This document shows, piece after piece, positions 20,501 to 33,671 of a DNA stretch of 64,000 bases. Below the pieces are notes generated by a model that worked only from the letters and a program-made list of their open reading frames with translations, ran no database searches and was not told the DNA's origin. A program made the position numbers and the translations under genes. The first letter of the stretch is position 1. Each line of letters opens with the position of its first letter. This DNA comes from the human T2T-CHM13v2.0 reference genome, Homo sapiens. The stretch lies in the NCBI RefSeq assembly GCF_009914755.1, contig NC_060946.1, one strand, 5' to 3'.

Positions 20501-22054
20501 AGAGTTTACTCATGTGGAGGCCAAGCCCCCTTCATTGTTCAGCTGTGCCTCTGCCTGGGCTTGGGGTGAGGCCCACCCCCTTGTGCTCAGTGTGTGTCAC
20601 AGCATCCTTGTCTTGCTGTGAGAACATGGGAGGTGGGTGATGCCACCTTCCCTTGAGGGGTGGTGTGTGTGTGGGTATGCATGGGAGCCTGCCTATGACG
20701 GGTAGTTCACGGCCTTGGAGCTGGGTGGGAGCCACCATCAGTGTGCCTGGGCTGGGTGCAGGGGTCCTTCCTGCCCAAGCCCACCCCTTCCTGGCCTCTC
20801 TGTCCCTCTATCCGCCTGTGATTCCACCTGCCACCAGTCTTGTCTTTCCCATGGACTGCTGTCAACTGCCACATGCTCCCTTTTGCCAGAGGACAAAGAG
20901 CCAGTCTCCGTGGTCTGTGCCAGAGGCCCCTTACCTTCTCCCCTTTCCAACCTACTCCTCTGTGTCTCACCCCTACCTACCCCCAACTTTCTTCAAACCC
21001 TGCCTTCTCATGTGTGATCGCCAACCCCGGGAGGAACCCATGGGCCTAGGTGGGCCCCGAAGCACTTATTCATTCACTCACTCATTCACTCATTCCCTCT
21101 CTCTCTTGTCCTACCCTCCCTCATTCTCCTGATCTCTCTGTCCCTTTGAGGGGACCTCTCCCTGCCTGTCTCTGCAGAACAGACTGTGCTCATGGGTAAT
21201 CATTGGCCCAAGTGCCTTCTCATCCTGCCCCAACAACACGGCCAGTGACTTGAGGCCAGAACAAGCATGTCCCTGTGTCCCTGGGGACCTGAATTTGGAC
21301 CTTAAGGGCTGCTTACTAAGGTGTACTCTTGAATAACAAGTTATACAGAAATGTGGCTACCTGCTTCCACCTGCCACACAGAAGGATGCTAACATGCTTA
21401 CAGTTAGACTCACTGTACCTCTCACCAGCTCTTGCTTACAGAGCAGGGGTCACATTTGGGCTGACCCGCATCTGCATTGGGCATACCCCCTCAAGGCCCT
21501 CCCCGTGTTGAGCCGGGGGCCATTCTGATGGACAGGGGGCTGGCCGTTCTGGTTATTAGATGTACTGAACCTGGAAGATGACGTGTGCCTCAGGGACAGG
21601 TGGTAAGAGCACAGGCTCTAAAGCCAGAGACCTGGCTACTCAGGAATTTCCTCACCTCATGGCCCTGGGCAATTTCAATGTACCTTTCCGTCCCCAGATC
21701 TACCTCACGGGGTCTTCGCAGGCATTAACTGAGGCAGCGCCTCACCCACAGCCTGGCACCCGGAAAGGTGTGGTACACATCAGCCGTTAGAGCCTTTCTA
21801 AGGCTGATCCAGAGAAAGGGAGGCTTGTGAGCAGACAGAGCTGGACTCAGATCCCAACCCTGCCCCTCAATAGCTGGGCACTAAGCTGGTGGCTTGGCCT
21901 CTCGGAACCTGCATTTTCTTGCCTGCAGGGAGGGAAGAATAGCCACTGTCTACTGACCTCTACCGTGAGGCCCAGAGCAACAGCTTACGGAGCCAGTGGC
22001 CCAGACCCTGGCCCAGCCCGTGTGGCCTCCAGACGTCTGGGGGCCGCAGTTGGG

Positions 22055-23019
22055 CTTCTGAGTGCAGACACGCTGTGGCCTCTCAATGGCCTTGCCAGGG
22101 TAGGGACTGTCCCATCCCCAGGCAATAGATGAGGAAATTGAGGCTCTGAGAGGTGAAGCCATGCTCAGGCCGCCTGGCTGGCCACTGTCTTCCTTCTGGG
22201 CTGCTGGGGCCTCCATGAGAGGGGCAGGCGGTCATTTGAATAACAAGTTATTGTCATTTGGGGGCTGCAGTTGTGATGGGAGGCTCCCTGCCTCCTGGCT
22301 GGATGCTGACCCAAGCCCCTGTGGCCAGAGGGGGACAGGGTATGCCGTGGGCACCCTCCTCAGCTCCCCTTGGCTTGGGCCCCATGCAGCTGGCTGGCCT
22401 GACCCTGCCATGGACACCACGTGCACTCGGAACAGTGACTCAGCCATGTCCACCCCCGTGTACCTTGCCTGCCGTGGGAAGAAACGTTCTCTCACAGTAT
22501 GCATTATTTTTCAAAAAAAGTCTTATATCTTGGGTTACAGATTTTCTTCATCTAAAAATAGTTTTTAGCTGATTATTTCTAAACAAGGCATTTCAGAAAC
22601 CCCTTGGCAGTTACAGGCTCTGGGACTCACTGGGTGGTGTCAGCCTCTTGGTGTCCTGTGCCATTGTTAAACAGCAGCCTGGCCCTAGGCCAGCTGCCTC
22701 CTGCCCCACCTGCTGTGGTGCGCCACCCCCCAGAGACGCCCACAGCCCCATAACCCCAGATGCAGGCTGGGCTGGCAGGAAAGGGGCCCTGGGCAGCTGC
22801 GTGAGAGAGAGGTAAGAGGGGGCGTGGGAGCTGGCAGAGGGCACAGCCTGCCTCTCTCATGGAGGCCTCAGCAGCCCGGAAGGAAGAGGGTGGCCAGCCA
22901 GGCAGTGTGGGTATGACTTCACCTCTCAGAGCCTCGATTTCCTCATCTGTCACCTGGGGATGGTCCAGTCCCTACCCTGCAAGGCCATTGAGGGGCCACA
23001 GCGTGTCTGCACACAGAAG
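22055..23019. repeat. Long non-Alu inverted repeat: arms 22055-22229 and 22846-23019, ~616-nt spacer; each arm includes a MIR-core fragment
   Basis: Manual alignment of arm 1 to the reverse complement of arm 2 gives 19 substitutions and 1 indel in ~175 nt; mirror peptides appear in ORFs 21950..22216(-) and 22859..23164(+). Confidence 0.9.
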
Positions 23020-23107
23020 GCATTCTATCAGTGAGAATGGCTGTGTTCCTGCAGGGAGATCGGTGAAGGGGAGCCTCAACTGTGACATTGGGCCTTTTGG
23101 CAGACTT

Positions 23108-23360
23108 TGTTTTTGTTTGTTTGTTGTTGTGTTTTGGGTGTTTTTGTTTTGTTTTGTTTTTTGAAACAAGGTCTCATTCTGTTACACATGCTGGAGTGCA
23201 GTGGCACGATCATGGCTCACTACAGCCTTCACCTCCCTGGGCTCAGGTGATCCTCCCACCTCAGCCTCCTGGGTAGCTGGGACCATCAGCATATGCCACT
23301 ATGCCCGGCTAATTTTTCTATTTTTTGTAGAAGACAGACTTTTGTCATGTTGCCCAGGCT
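23108..23360 (-). mobile_element. Partial AluJ-like element with (TTTG)n-like tail
   Basis: Alu right arm reverse complement. Confidence 0.82.
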
Positions 23361-24038
23361 CTTTTGGCAGAGTTTGGACAGAAGGTGGCATTGGGCTGGC
23401 CCTCAAAGGGGTGGGTGGGGCAGGACCTCTGGTGGGGGCAGATATGAGAAGGTTCCATGCAGTGGGGACATGGCGGGAAAGGCCCCAAACAGGAGCGCTC
23501 AGGCCTTTGCAGGGAACAGGGGACAGATTGGTGTGGCTGGGGGATGGGCATGAGCAGAGAGCAAAGTGAGGTTGACTGGACGGGGGTGATTGGCTTGGGG
23601 TAGGCCTGCGATGCTGAGAAAGGAGCCCAGGCTCCATTCTGGGGGCCTCTGTGCCCAGAGAGCAGTCTCCACCTCTCCACCCAGCAGAGCCCATCCTTCC
23701 CTGCACACCACAATGTAGGGAGCTGGCGCCCTGCATGCAGGTGGGTGCCTGTAGGCCTGCCGCCTCCAAAGCCCAGTCCCGGCCCTGCCATTCAATCTGG
23801 GCTCTCTTTACAGTCCTTCCCACTGACTCAGGTGGGCCCTTGCCCACCCCACCCTGGGAAGGCTGGGCCAGGATGGGGCAGGCACCTCACCCCGGCCAGG
23901 AACAGGAACGGGCACCATCTCGGGGACTGATGTTTTTTGAATGGCGCTATCCACCCTGCCCTGCTCGGCCTGGCTGTGCAGGCCTCTTGGTACCACGTCT
24001 GTTCGTAATGACCGTAACAACTCTATTTTCTTCCACAG

Positions 24039-24292
24039 ATGACTCTGGGGACGACGACGAGGCTACCACCCCAGCCGACAAGAGCGAGCTGCACCACACC
24101 CTGAAGAATCTTTCCCTGAAGTTAGATGACCTCAGCACGTGCAATGACCTCATCGCCAAGCACGGCGCTGCACTCCAGCGCTCCCTGACAGAGCTGGACG
24201 GCCTCAAGATCCCATCTGAGAGTGGGGAGAAGCTGAAGGTGGTGAATGAGCGGGCCACCCTCTTCCGCATCACATCCAATGCTATGATCAAC
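24039..24292 (+). CDS. OSBP2: OSBP2/ORP4 internal coding exon (first in window; coiled-coil/leucine-repeat region, DDSGDDDEA...ITSNAMIN)
   Basis: ttccacag|AT acceptor, AAC|gtgagt donor; peptide LSLKLDDLSTCNDLIAKHGAALQRSL is typical of OSBP/ORP4; phase 1 in, phase 0 out. Confidence 0.96.
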
Positions 24293-27200
24293 GTGAGTAC
24301 CCACCCCCACCGCCCTGGCACGGGGCTCCCTGGCTCCAGCCCCGGGGTCCCTCGGTGGGTGACCAGGGTCAGCTTGAAGGGTCAGCGTTCCATTTCCTGC
24401 GGTTCCACGGTGTTTCCCAAAGCCAGCGCCCCCCAGCTAGCTTCCGAGTTCTTAAATCATCTCCTTCACTCGGCCGTCGTTGGGCAAGGACATTCTTCCT
24501 AATTGTCTGGAGGAAACGAGTTGGTTGTGGACTCTGGTGCAGTCTGCAGTTATTTACTTCATGCCTCGATAAGGAAGGTCGGGGCCCCAAGTTAAGTAGC
24601 TAGCCCAGCAGGTCAGTTCTGCCCACACAGTAGGGACACAGCTGCCACACTGGCCCTCGGTGGCTGCTACTCCTCCTCCCTGGGTTCACTCCCCAGATGC
24701 AGTGGGAGCAGACGCTGTGCACAACAAGGGGAGGGTGTGGTGGGGGGCTGCAGTCGAGGGCTCCCTGAGCTAGAAGGGCCTCAGAGCTGAGCCTGCCGAG
24801 GTCGTGCCAACCTGATGGTAGACAAAGCAGGTAACCGCAGTTGTAAACTAAGCAGCCCCGCCACAGGAGTCAGCCGCTCACCCTGGCTCTGGAAGCCACA
24901 CGGCTAGGACTGGGAGCCAGGAGGGTGTCTCGATGGTGGTAGGAGGATAGTGCTTGGCCCTGCTTCCCTCTTTCTGTCTGGGGAGTGTTCCCCAGAAGTG
25001 TGCGTGCTCCTCCAGGCCTCCACCCTCCAGACACAGGTCTGACTGCAACAGCCTCCTCCCAGGACAGTCCCCCAGGGCGGCACATCTGGGCCAGGGGTGC
25101 AGTTGTAGGAGCTTGGGGTGGCCTGCTGGGAGTAAGGAGACCAGAGCAGAGGAGCTGTACAGAAATGGAGGCCGCAGAGGAAGAAGTGAGGTCCAGAGAA
25201 GGGGGTTCAGGAGAGTCATCGTGCTGGCTGGGGACAGTGGGCAGTGCTGGTGCCTGGGTGACCTCCAGCTGGGGGACCCAGCCCCCAAACTAGGAGGTTA
25301 GACCAGGGCCGGACTGGGAGCTGGGACCAAGCTCCAGGCCCCGCAAGAAATGCAAGGGCAGGGTGGGAAGATAGAGGCTGGAGCTCACCGCAGGCCAAGA
25401 GCCCAGGCTAAAACCTGGGCATCCAAGACCTGCCCCAAGCCGGCTTCACTGGCCTGTTGGCAGCATGATTGTGGGGCAGGAGGGCCACCCCACCACCCAC
25501 ACCTGCCCAGATATGCTCAGGCTCAGGCCTGGAGCACCCAAATGCAGCCTTGGGAATCCCACCCTGGGGCCTGAGGCTGGGCGAGGTGTGCCCCCCTTCC
25601 CGACTGCTGGGAAACTCAGCCTGCAGGTGCCCACCCGCCTCAGCTCAGCAGGTGTGTGCACCTTGTCCATCCCAGATCCCACAGTGCTGGGGGGTGGGGG
25701 GCAGTTGGCCCCATATGCCAAGGATGCTGAGAGGCTGCTGGGCCACCCTGCATGTTGGCCCCATTGTCACCTGCACTGTTTTCCTACATCCACCCTCTCA
25801 GGCCCACTGTCCTCCTTACAGCCCACAGACCAGATTGCTGTACTTCTACCAGGGACACACACAAATGTGAAGCACTGAATGACATAATAATGCGTTTGTA
25901 TTTCCCTGTCCCTCCCAGAAGCCACTGCCGGAGGCTTCCCAGGCACTGCCTCCCTACCCGAGACCAAAACTGCTTTGTCTTGAATAAGCAGTTTTGGCTT
26001 TTCCGAGATAATGAGCGTCTCAGCTGGCTGCCGTCTTGCACAGTCTTTTATCAGACATCAGAGGCTCATCTGTGTTTACGAAGCCATCAGAACAGCTCCA
26101 AGTTTAAGTGCCTAATGAATTGTTTTATGAGAAGCACAACCCCCTGGGGTTGGTCACGATTCCTTTCTGCAGCTCCAGCATCCGGGGAACATGGCGGCAG
26201 AGTCAGCCCTGAGTGACGGAAGCTGTGCCCTGGGCTGGGTTCTGCCAAACCTGCTGGTGTTAGCCTGCCATGAGGGCCCCTCCCCAAGCTCCTGCTGTTG
26301 AATCAGGGGCAGGGAGGGCAGGAGTGCAGTGCTGCCCCGACAGACTGTGCTTGTAGCCCAGGCTAGCCCAGAGGCTTGTGTTTCCCCTGGGGACCCTTCC
26401 TGACAGCCACTCCTCGCCTGGCAGGAACCGGGGTAGTTCTGGAAAGGCTGTTTGCGTGGCTCTCAGACACCAAGGGTTCAGCCCCCACTGTGTGCAGAGG
26501 AGCCATGTAGGCAAAGCCGGCCACTTGCCTGAAGGTCGTGGGATACAGGCATTCCCACCCTTGGCCAGGCCTTGGCTTTGGTACCTGTTAGGAGAAGGTG
26601 TTGGACCAGGGCTCTGTAACTAGAACATCCATGCTGCTCCCACCTCCAAACCTCCAGGGAGCCTATTCAGGCACCAGACCACTTACCCCTTCCAACAGCC
26701 TGGTTAGCACCTTGAGGGATTGTTAGTGTCAACGTGGAAACTGAGGCTCAGGGAAGTCACCAGCATAACCCAGCTGGTAGGTGGCCATGCCAAGATACAT
26801 GCAAACCCAGGTCTGTGTGGCCTGCAAGAGAAGTGATGGCCCTCATTCTCTCATTACCTCAAAGAGGTAAGGGTGACCTCCTTGGAGGGTTGCAGAGGCC
26901 CCCTCCTGCTGTGGCTACACACCAAGGCCAGGATGCGGGGCAGCCTCACCCGCACCCTGGGCGGGATCCCAACCTCAAAGATCTCCGTGAGTCCCTGGAG
27001 TGTCTTACCTTTCAGCTTCAAGGTATCCTCTGGTCACCATGGCTGCAGCCCCACCAGGGCCCCTCCTGGGAAGCCAGGGACTTGGATATGGAAGCCACGC
27101 ACCGCAGTCCCCAGAAGGTAGAAATCATCACCCCCAATCTCTTCCGATCTCACAGTGAGAGGGAGCTGCTTCTCCCACTGTGGGGGCCCCACTGCAACTC

Positions 27201-27564
27201 CATCCCACTCCCCAGCCCCATCCTGACTGTGATGTGTGCGGGGATGCTCCTAGCATCCCCTAGCGCCCGTGCCTGCATTAGGGAAATCTCTACTGCCACT
27301 GGCTCCTCGGACAGGGCAGACCCTCTTCCTCGTGAAATGCTGTGTGTTTTCCACTTTGTGGGCTCTGATTGAGCCGGATCGTAGAAGTGGAGCCTAAAAT
27401 GAGGGATGGCTGGCCAGACAAAGCCCACATGGAGGGTGTCCTTCACAGCGCGCTGGGGCAGGCAGCTCTCTTCCTACAGGGACAGGCTGGCTGCTCCATC
27501 TTCACTTTTCCCCAAGACCACAAAGAATCTGGGGTTGTTCCGGCTTCAGGAGAAAAGTCAGGGT

Positions 27565-28050
<486 letters not shown>

Positions 28051-28964
28051 TCAGGTGATTTCTAAATTTCTTTCAAGTTTGGGAAAGGACATTGATATCA
28101 TAAGCCTTTAGGTCCTCAGCTCCTAGAAGGGCAGGGAGGGAGGGGGGTCCTCTGGATGATTCCCGAGAGCCCAGGACCCACAGCTAGTGGTGCAGGCCCA
28201 TTCCACGCACCGTCTGGTCCTCGCAGGGCGCTGCAGCCATCCTCACCTCATATCAGGAATGGCTTCAGCCCCAGGGGTTTGAGGGAACAAGGTGCTCAGA
28301 GGTGGTTTCTGGATTGGGAATCTGGAACAGCAACGCTGTGTTTCAACCCCCCACGCCTTTACCAGTGCTGTACCTTCTAGAACACCCCTTCCTCACCCTT
28401 CAGGTACTGGCAGCTCCCTTGTCATCCTTCAGAACCCCGCAGGGACATCACCATGGCTTTCCAAGGCCTCTCTTGGGCAGCCGTCCTCTTGGCTGGGACC
28501 CCGGCTCCCAGGCATACGACCACGTGGCACTTAATCCACTGTTTCAATCACTCCCCAGTGGGCTTTGTGCTCCCTGAGGTCAGGCTGAGTGTCTTACTCA
28601 CGGGTGTCCCCGACAGTAGCTCCGTGGGAGTGCCAGTGAGTGATGTTTCATAGTGGGTCTTGTGTCTCTAGATAAAGCACTCCAAGTGGCCCACGGCTCA
28701 CATTTACCTGTGATGTTACCTATTACAAAGCTCTTCTAGTCCCATTTTCTCACCTGAACAAGGTCAGTGAGAAAGTGGAGGCCCAGCCCCGAGGCCTCAG
28801 CCTGCCGAGGTCACCCCTGCACCCCGCACCCCCCTGCACTCCCCTTCCAGAGGGATCACCTGGCCCAGAACAGCATTTCGTGGCATTAAATTGTATGGGC
28901 AACCACACTTTCCATGTGCACGCCACACTGGGCTCCAGCCTCCCTCTGCCTTGTGGCATTTTGA

Positions 28965-29297
<333 letters not shown>

Positions 29298-32200
29298 TAG
29301 CCGGACTCAGAGGGTGTACTTTGTGGGCCTTGGAAGGACCCTCTGGGGTCAGCATCTGAGTAAGTCAGCAGCCCCGTCATGAACTCAGGGCAACCCCTCT
29401 CTCATCACACAGCTAGGAAAGCCCTGCCTGATGGGCATTTGACATCAGACCTTAGCAGCTGCCTCCTGATCCCTGCCCAGGCCTGTGCCAGGCAGGGACT
29501 CGCAGGGAACAGGCAATCCAGCAAACTCTTAAAGTGACAGGCTGCCAGGCATGTGCTCATCAGTGTGACCTGTTCTAAGATGACCCAGGGCCGCCAGCTC
29601 ACATGCCCACTTTTGAAGGCCAAGTTTAGGGAAGAGCCCGGGAAGGTTCCCAGTTGGCGGAGAGGCAGATTCCTGTCCAGCTGACCACAGCCCAGCGGGA
29701 AAGCCAGGGCAAGCCTTGGCTGGGCCTACAGAGGGCCGAGGCAGCAGACACAGAATGGGAAGTAGGCTTTCTCCCAGGCAGAGAAGGAAAATATTACTAT
29801 TTTCCCTTCTGGGCTGTCATCGTGCGCAGGTCTTTCTGCTCTGGCCAGGATGGGGACCTGCACCGGTTTGGCTCTGAAGCCCCCCTCCTCTGTTATTCCC
29901 ACCTGCCCACCCAGTTATCCTTCCTGGGCCTCTGGACAGTTCTCCAGTCATGGTGGGCCCGTGGGCAGGACTTGGTCATTGGGCAAGGCTTGTCAACTGT
30001 GTGGGTGGTGGCCTCACCGCCCCACTGCCCTGGAAAGGAGAGCAGACTCCTTGCCGTCCCCCTCAGGGAACCTGGAGAGATCAGCTTGGCTCTTGGCTTT
30101 CAGCCATGAGAGAGAAACAGGGTATGGGGTTCACACGATTCCTGAGCATCTCTGGTGGGCCCAGCAGCCTCTCCCGACCCGTTCCCCACAGGCCACCTGT
30201 CCCTGGTTGCGTCTTCCTGCCCTGGTGGCAGTTCCCCCAACACCCATGCCCCAGCTCCTAAGGACTGGGCTATGAGGGGCTGGGACAGGCCCTGCCAGTG
30301 GGGAGCCAGGATGGGAAAGGGGATGAGTGTTCCATGCATTGCGTGGCATGCCAGACATTCTGCATGCACCTCCCCTGCCCCTACTCTGCAGGCTTACGCA
30401 TAGGGAGACCAAGGCTGAGGGGCTCAGGATCCCAGCTGAAAAGGATACAAGCCCATACCTTCCTGATTCCAGAGCCCACTACACTGCTGCATTATGGTAG
30501 AGAAATAAACCTGACCCTCCCCTTGATCAGGGTCAGGAGGTCAGGAACACCTCCCCTGTCTACCCTCACCCTGCATCCCTGTCCTGGCACCACTGGCCAC
30601 CCACCTTCTGCAGGCCTGCAGAGTCTCAGAGATCTTTCCACTGCAGCATCTTCACCCTGTCCTTCCTGCAAGGGCAGGACGCAGTATCTCTCACAATCCC
30701 CGTAGCCCTGTAGCCTCTATGCCTGGCTCAGAGCCCAGCACATGGGAGCCTCAGCAAATGAGAGAGAGAGAGGAGGGGTGGGGAGAATATTGTGAAAAAT
30801 CACAGGAGCAAATGAATGAATCGCTTAGTGTCTGGCAAAATTCCCTAGTGGGTAATTTTTTTTGACTCTGATAAAAGCTAGCCTAGCAGATCCGTGCTTG
30901 AATTACAGTTTTGGGTAACTGTGAATTCTCCTGCCATTTAAGAGAAACCCCGTAGGACTATTAAATGACTTTGGTTTTTAGAATGAGTCTTGAACCATAA
31001 CGTGCCTGCCCACAGGTGCTCGGCCAGGCATGAGGTGGGGACATTCTCCCTCATAGCAGCGTCCTCCCTGAGCACCAGGGTATACCTTGTACAGTGGCAC
31101 TGCCTCTGTCACTTGGCTTAAGGTGGAGAATGATTGAGTTCGTACATATTACAAGCTCAGGCTTGGAGTGTTAGCATCCATAAAGTGAAAAAGCTGCGGG
31201 AGCAGGTTCCGTCTGCAGGCCAGGGCAGCAGAGCAAGGCTGGGGCGTGCTCTCCCCTGCAGTCCTGAGCCCCCTAGGTGGGCTGGCAGCTGGGCTCCATC
31301 CTGCTTCTTAGCAGCCTGTGGGCTTGTTCCTGCTGCTGTCCCTCCAGTCCCTGCAGGCGGGGCCCAGGCAAGACAGACTGCACCTGACTCGACCCCCATT
31401 CCTGAACTTGGAAGGCTCCTCATAGTTGGTCACTCATGCTGGGCCTAGGACATGGTCCTTCTGACCACATGACCCCCTGTGGCACTTGGGAACCTTGAGC
31501 TGTGAGGGTGAACACAGCCCCAGCCTTGTGGGCCCCGCACCCTCCTGTGGGAGCTGTAACCACATAGGTGATATGGGATGTCAGCGGCAAAAGGACCTTT
31601 AGGGGAAAGAGCCAGTGAGGTGGGATGGGGTGAAAGGCCACAGGTGCAGACAGGCTGGGGGCTAAGCAGGGGCACAGGTGCCAGGCACCCTGGAGTGCGC
31701 ACTGGGAGCCACAGGAGGGGAGGTTGGAGTGAAGAGGAGGCCAGTCACAAGGGACCTTGTGCTGACAGTGTTCTGCTTCCACTTGAAATGAGACAAAGGA
31801 CTCAATGCCAAGTGACTCAATGCCAATGTCAATGACTCAAGGCCAAATAAAATGATCCCACGTGCATTTTAGCAAGACCCCTCTGCTGTTTGGAGAATGC
31901 GCTATCCGCGAGGCAGGGGCAAGTGCTCGGAGACCCTTCGGGGGCCCCTTGGGCAGAGAAAGTAGAGCTGGCGCCCGTGAGAGTGGGCAGTGCTGCTCTG
32001 AGCTGAAGGCAGGGACAGCAGAGTTGCTGTGTGGTTGAGAAAAGAGGCCATGGGGAAGGACCCCATGCTGGGGGCCTAAGCCGCTAGAGAATGGGGGCCT
32101 TGCTGTCTGACGCCCTGCTTGGCCCACACATGGTTCCGCAGGATGCAGGAGGGTCTTTCCCAGGAGTGGGTTTTGTGTAGCCAGTGAGTGGGCAGAGCTA

Positions 32201-33057
32201 GCTTGCAGAGCTAGCTCGAGGTGCCCAGTGCAGGCAGAAAGCAGGGCTGGGCTGGCCAACAGAGGGTAGATGCTTACCAGGCCTGATGGGAGAGATGCCG
32301 CACTCTTGGTCCCTGGGTTTACCAAGGAAGGTAGCATCCCTCAGGAGACACACTTTGGTGCCTGCCGCAGGGCTGGCTGGGCAGTATGGGGTGCCTGCGA
32401 CATCCTGATGGCAAGGACATGGGAAAACCTGGGGAGGAAGGGCACCCGGCACAGCCAGCACTCGATGGAGTCGGCTCGGGGGACACTCCACTTGGGGACA
32501 CTCCAGCTGCAAGGGCAAAGTATGAGGGGGAAGTAGGAGACATTGGGGGCACCAGATAGAGTGGGCACTGGGGGTAGCCAGGGGCTGCTGGGAAGAGGGT
32601 CACAGGAACAGAGACAGCAACCTGGGGCCCTCAGACAGGGCTTCTGATGTGGGGCATCATAGAAACAAAGACCCGCATCAGAAGGGGCCCCACTGCTGGA
32701 CATGCTGAGGCTTCTCTGAGGCCCCTCTTGGCTCACGGCCCAGGAGATCACGTGGGGCTCCTTAGGCCAACCCAGGCAGGGGTGAGAGGCCCGGAGCTGC
32801 CCTCCCTTGTCCCTCCGGGGCCTGTGGGGCAGGTTTCTGCCCAGCTGACCACCGTCCTGCTCTGACAGCTTGCTCATCCAGGGCCTGGGGAGATGGGTAA
32901 AAATAGATTCCAGATTTGTCTAAAATCAGTTGGCAAACTGGAAGCCAGATGGTGTTGGTTCCTGTGTGCGAGTGGCAAACTATTTTGAATGTGGAGAGGC
33001 TATTTTAAAGTTTTAATTGGACTGGAAAGCTGCTTCACCAGTGCCGAGAGTGAGTCA

Positions 33058-33671
<614 letters not shown>

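Noticed and set aside
21066-21095. TCAT/TCAC cluster resembling NOVA YCAY sites
   Set aside because: About 3 kb from any exon and typical of decayed L2 tails or simple repeats.
23651-24502. 283-aa ORF as a single-exon gene
   Set aside because: It is the OSBP2 exon 24039-24292 plus open intronic flanks.
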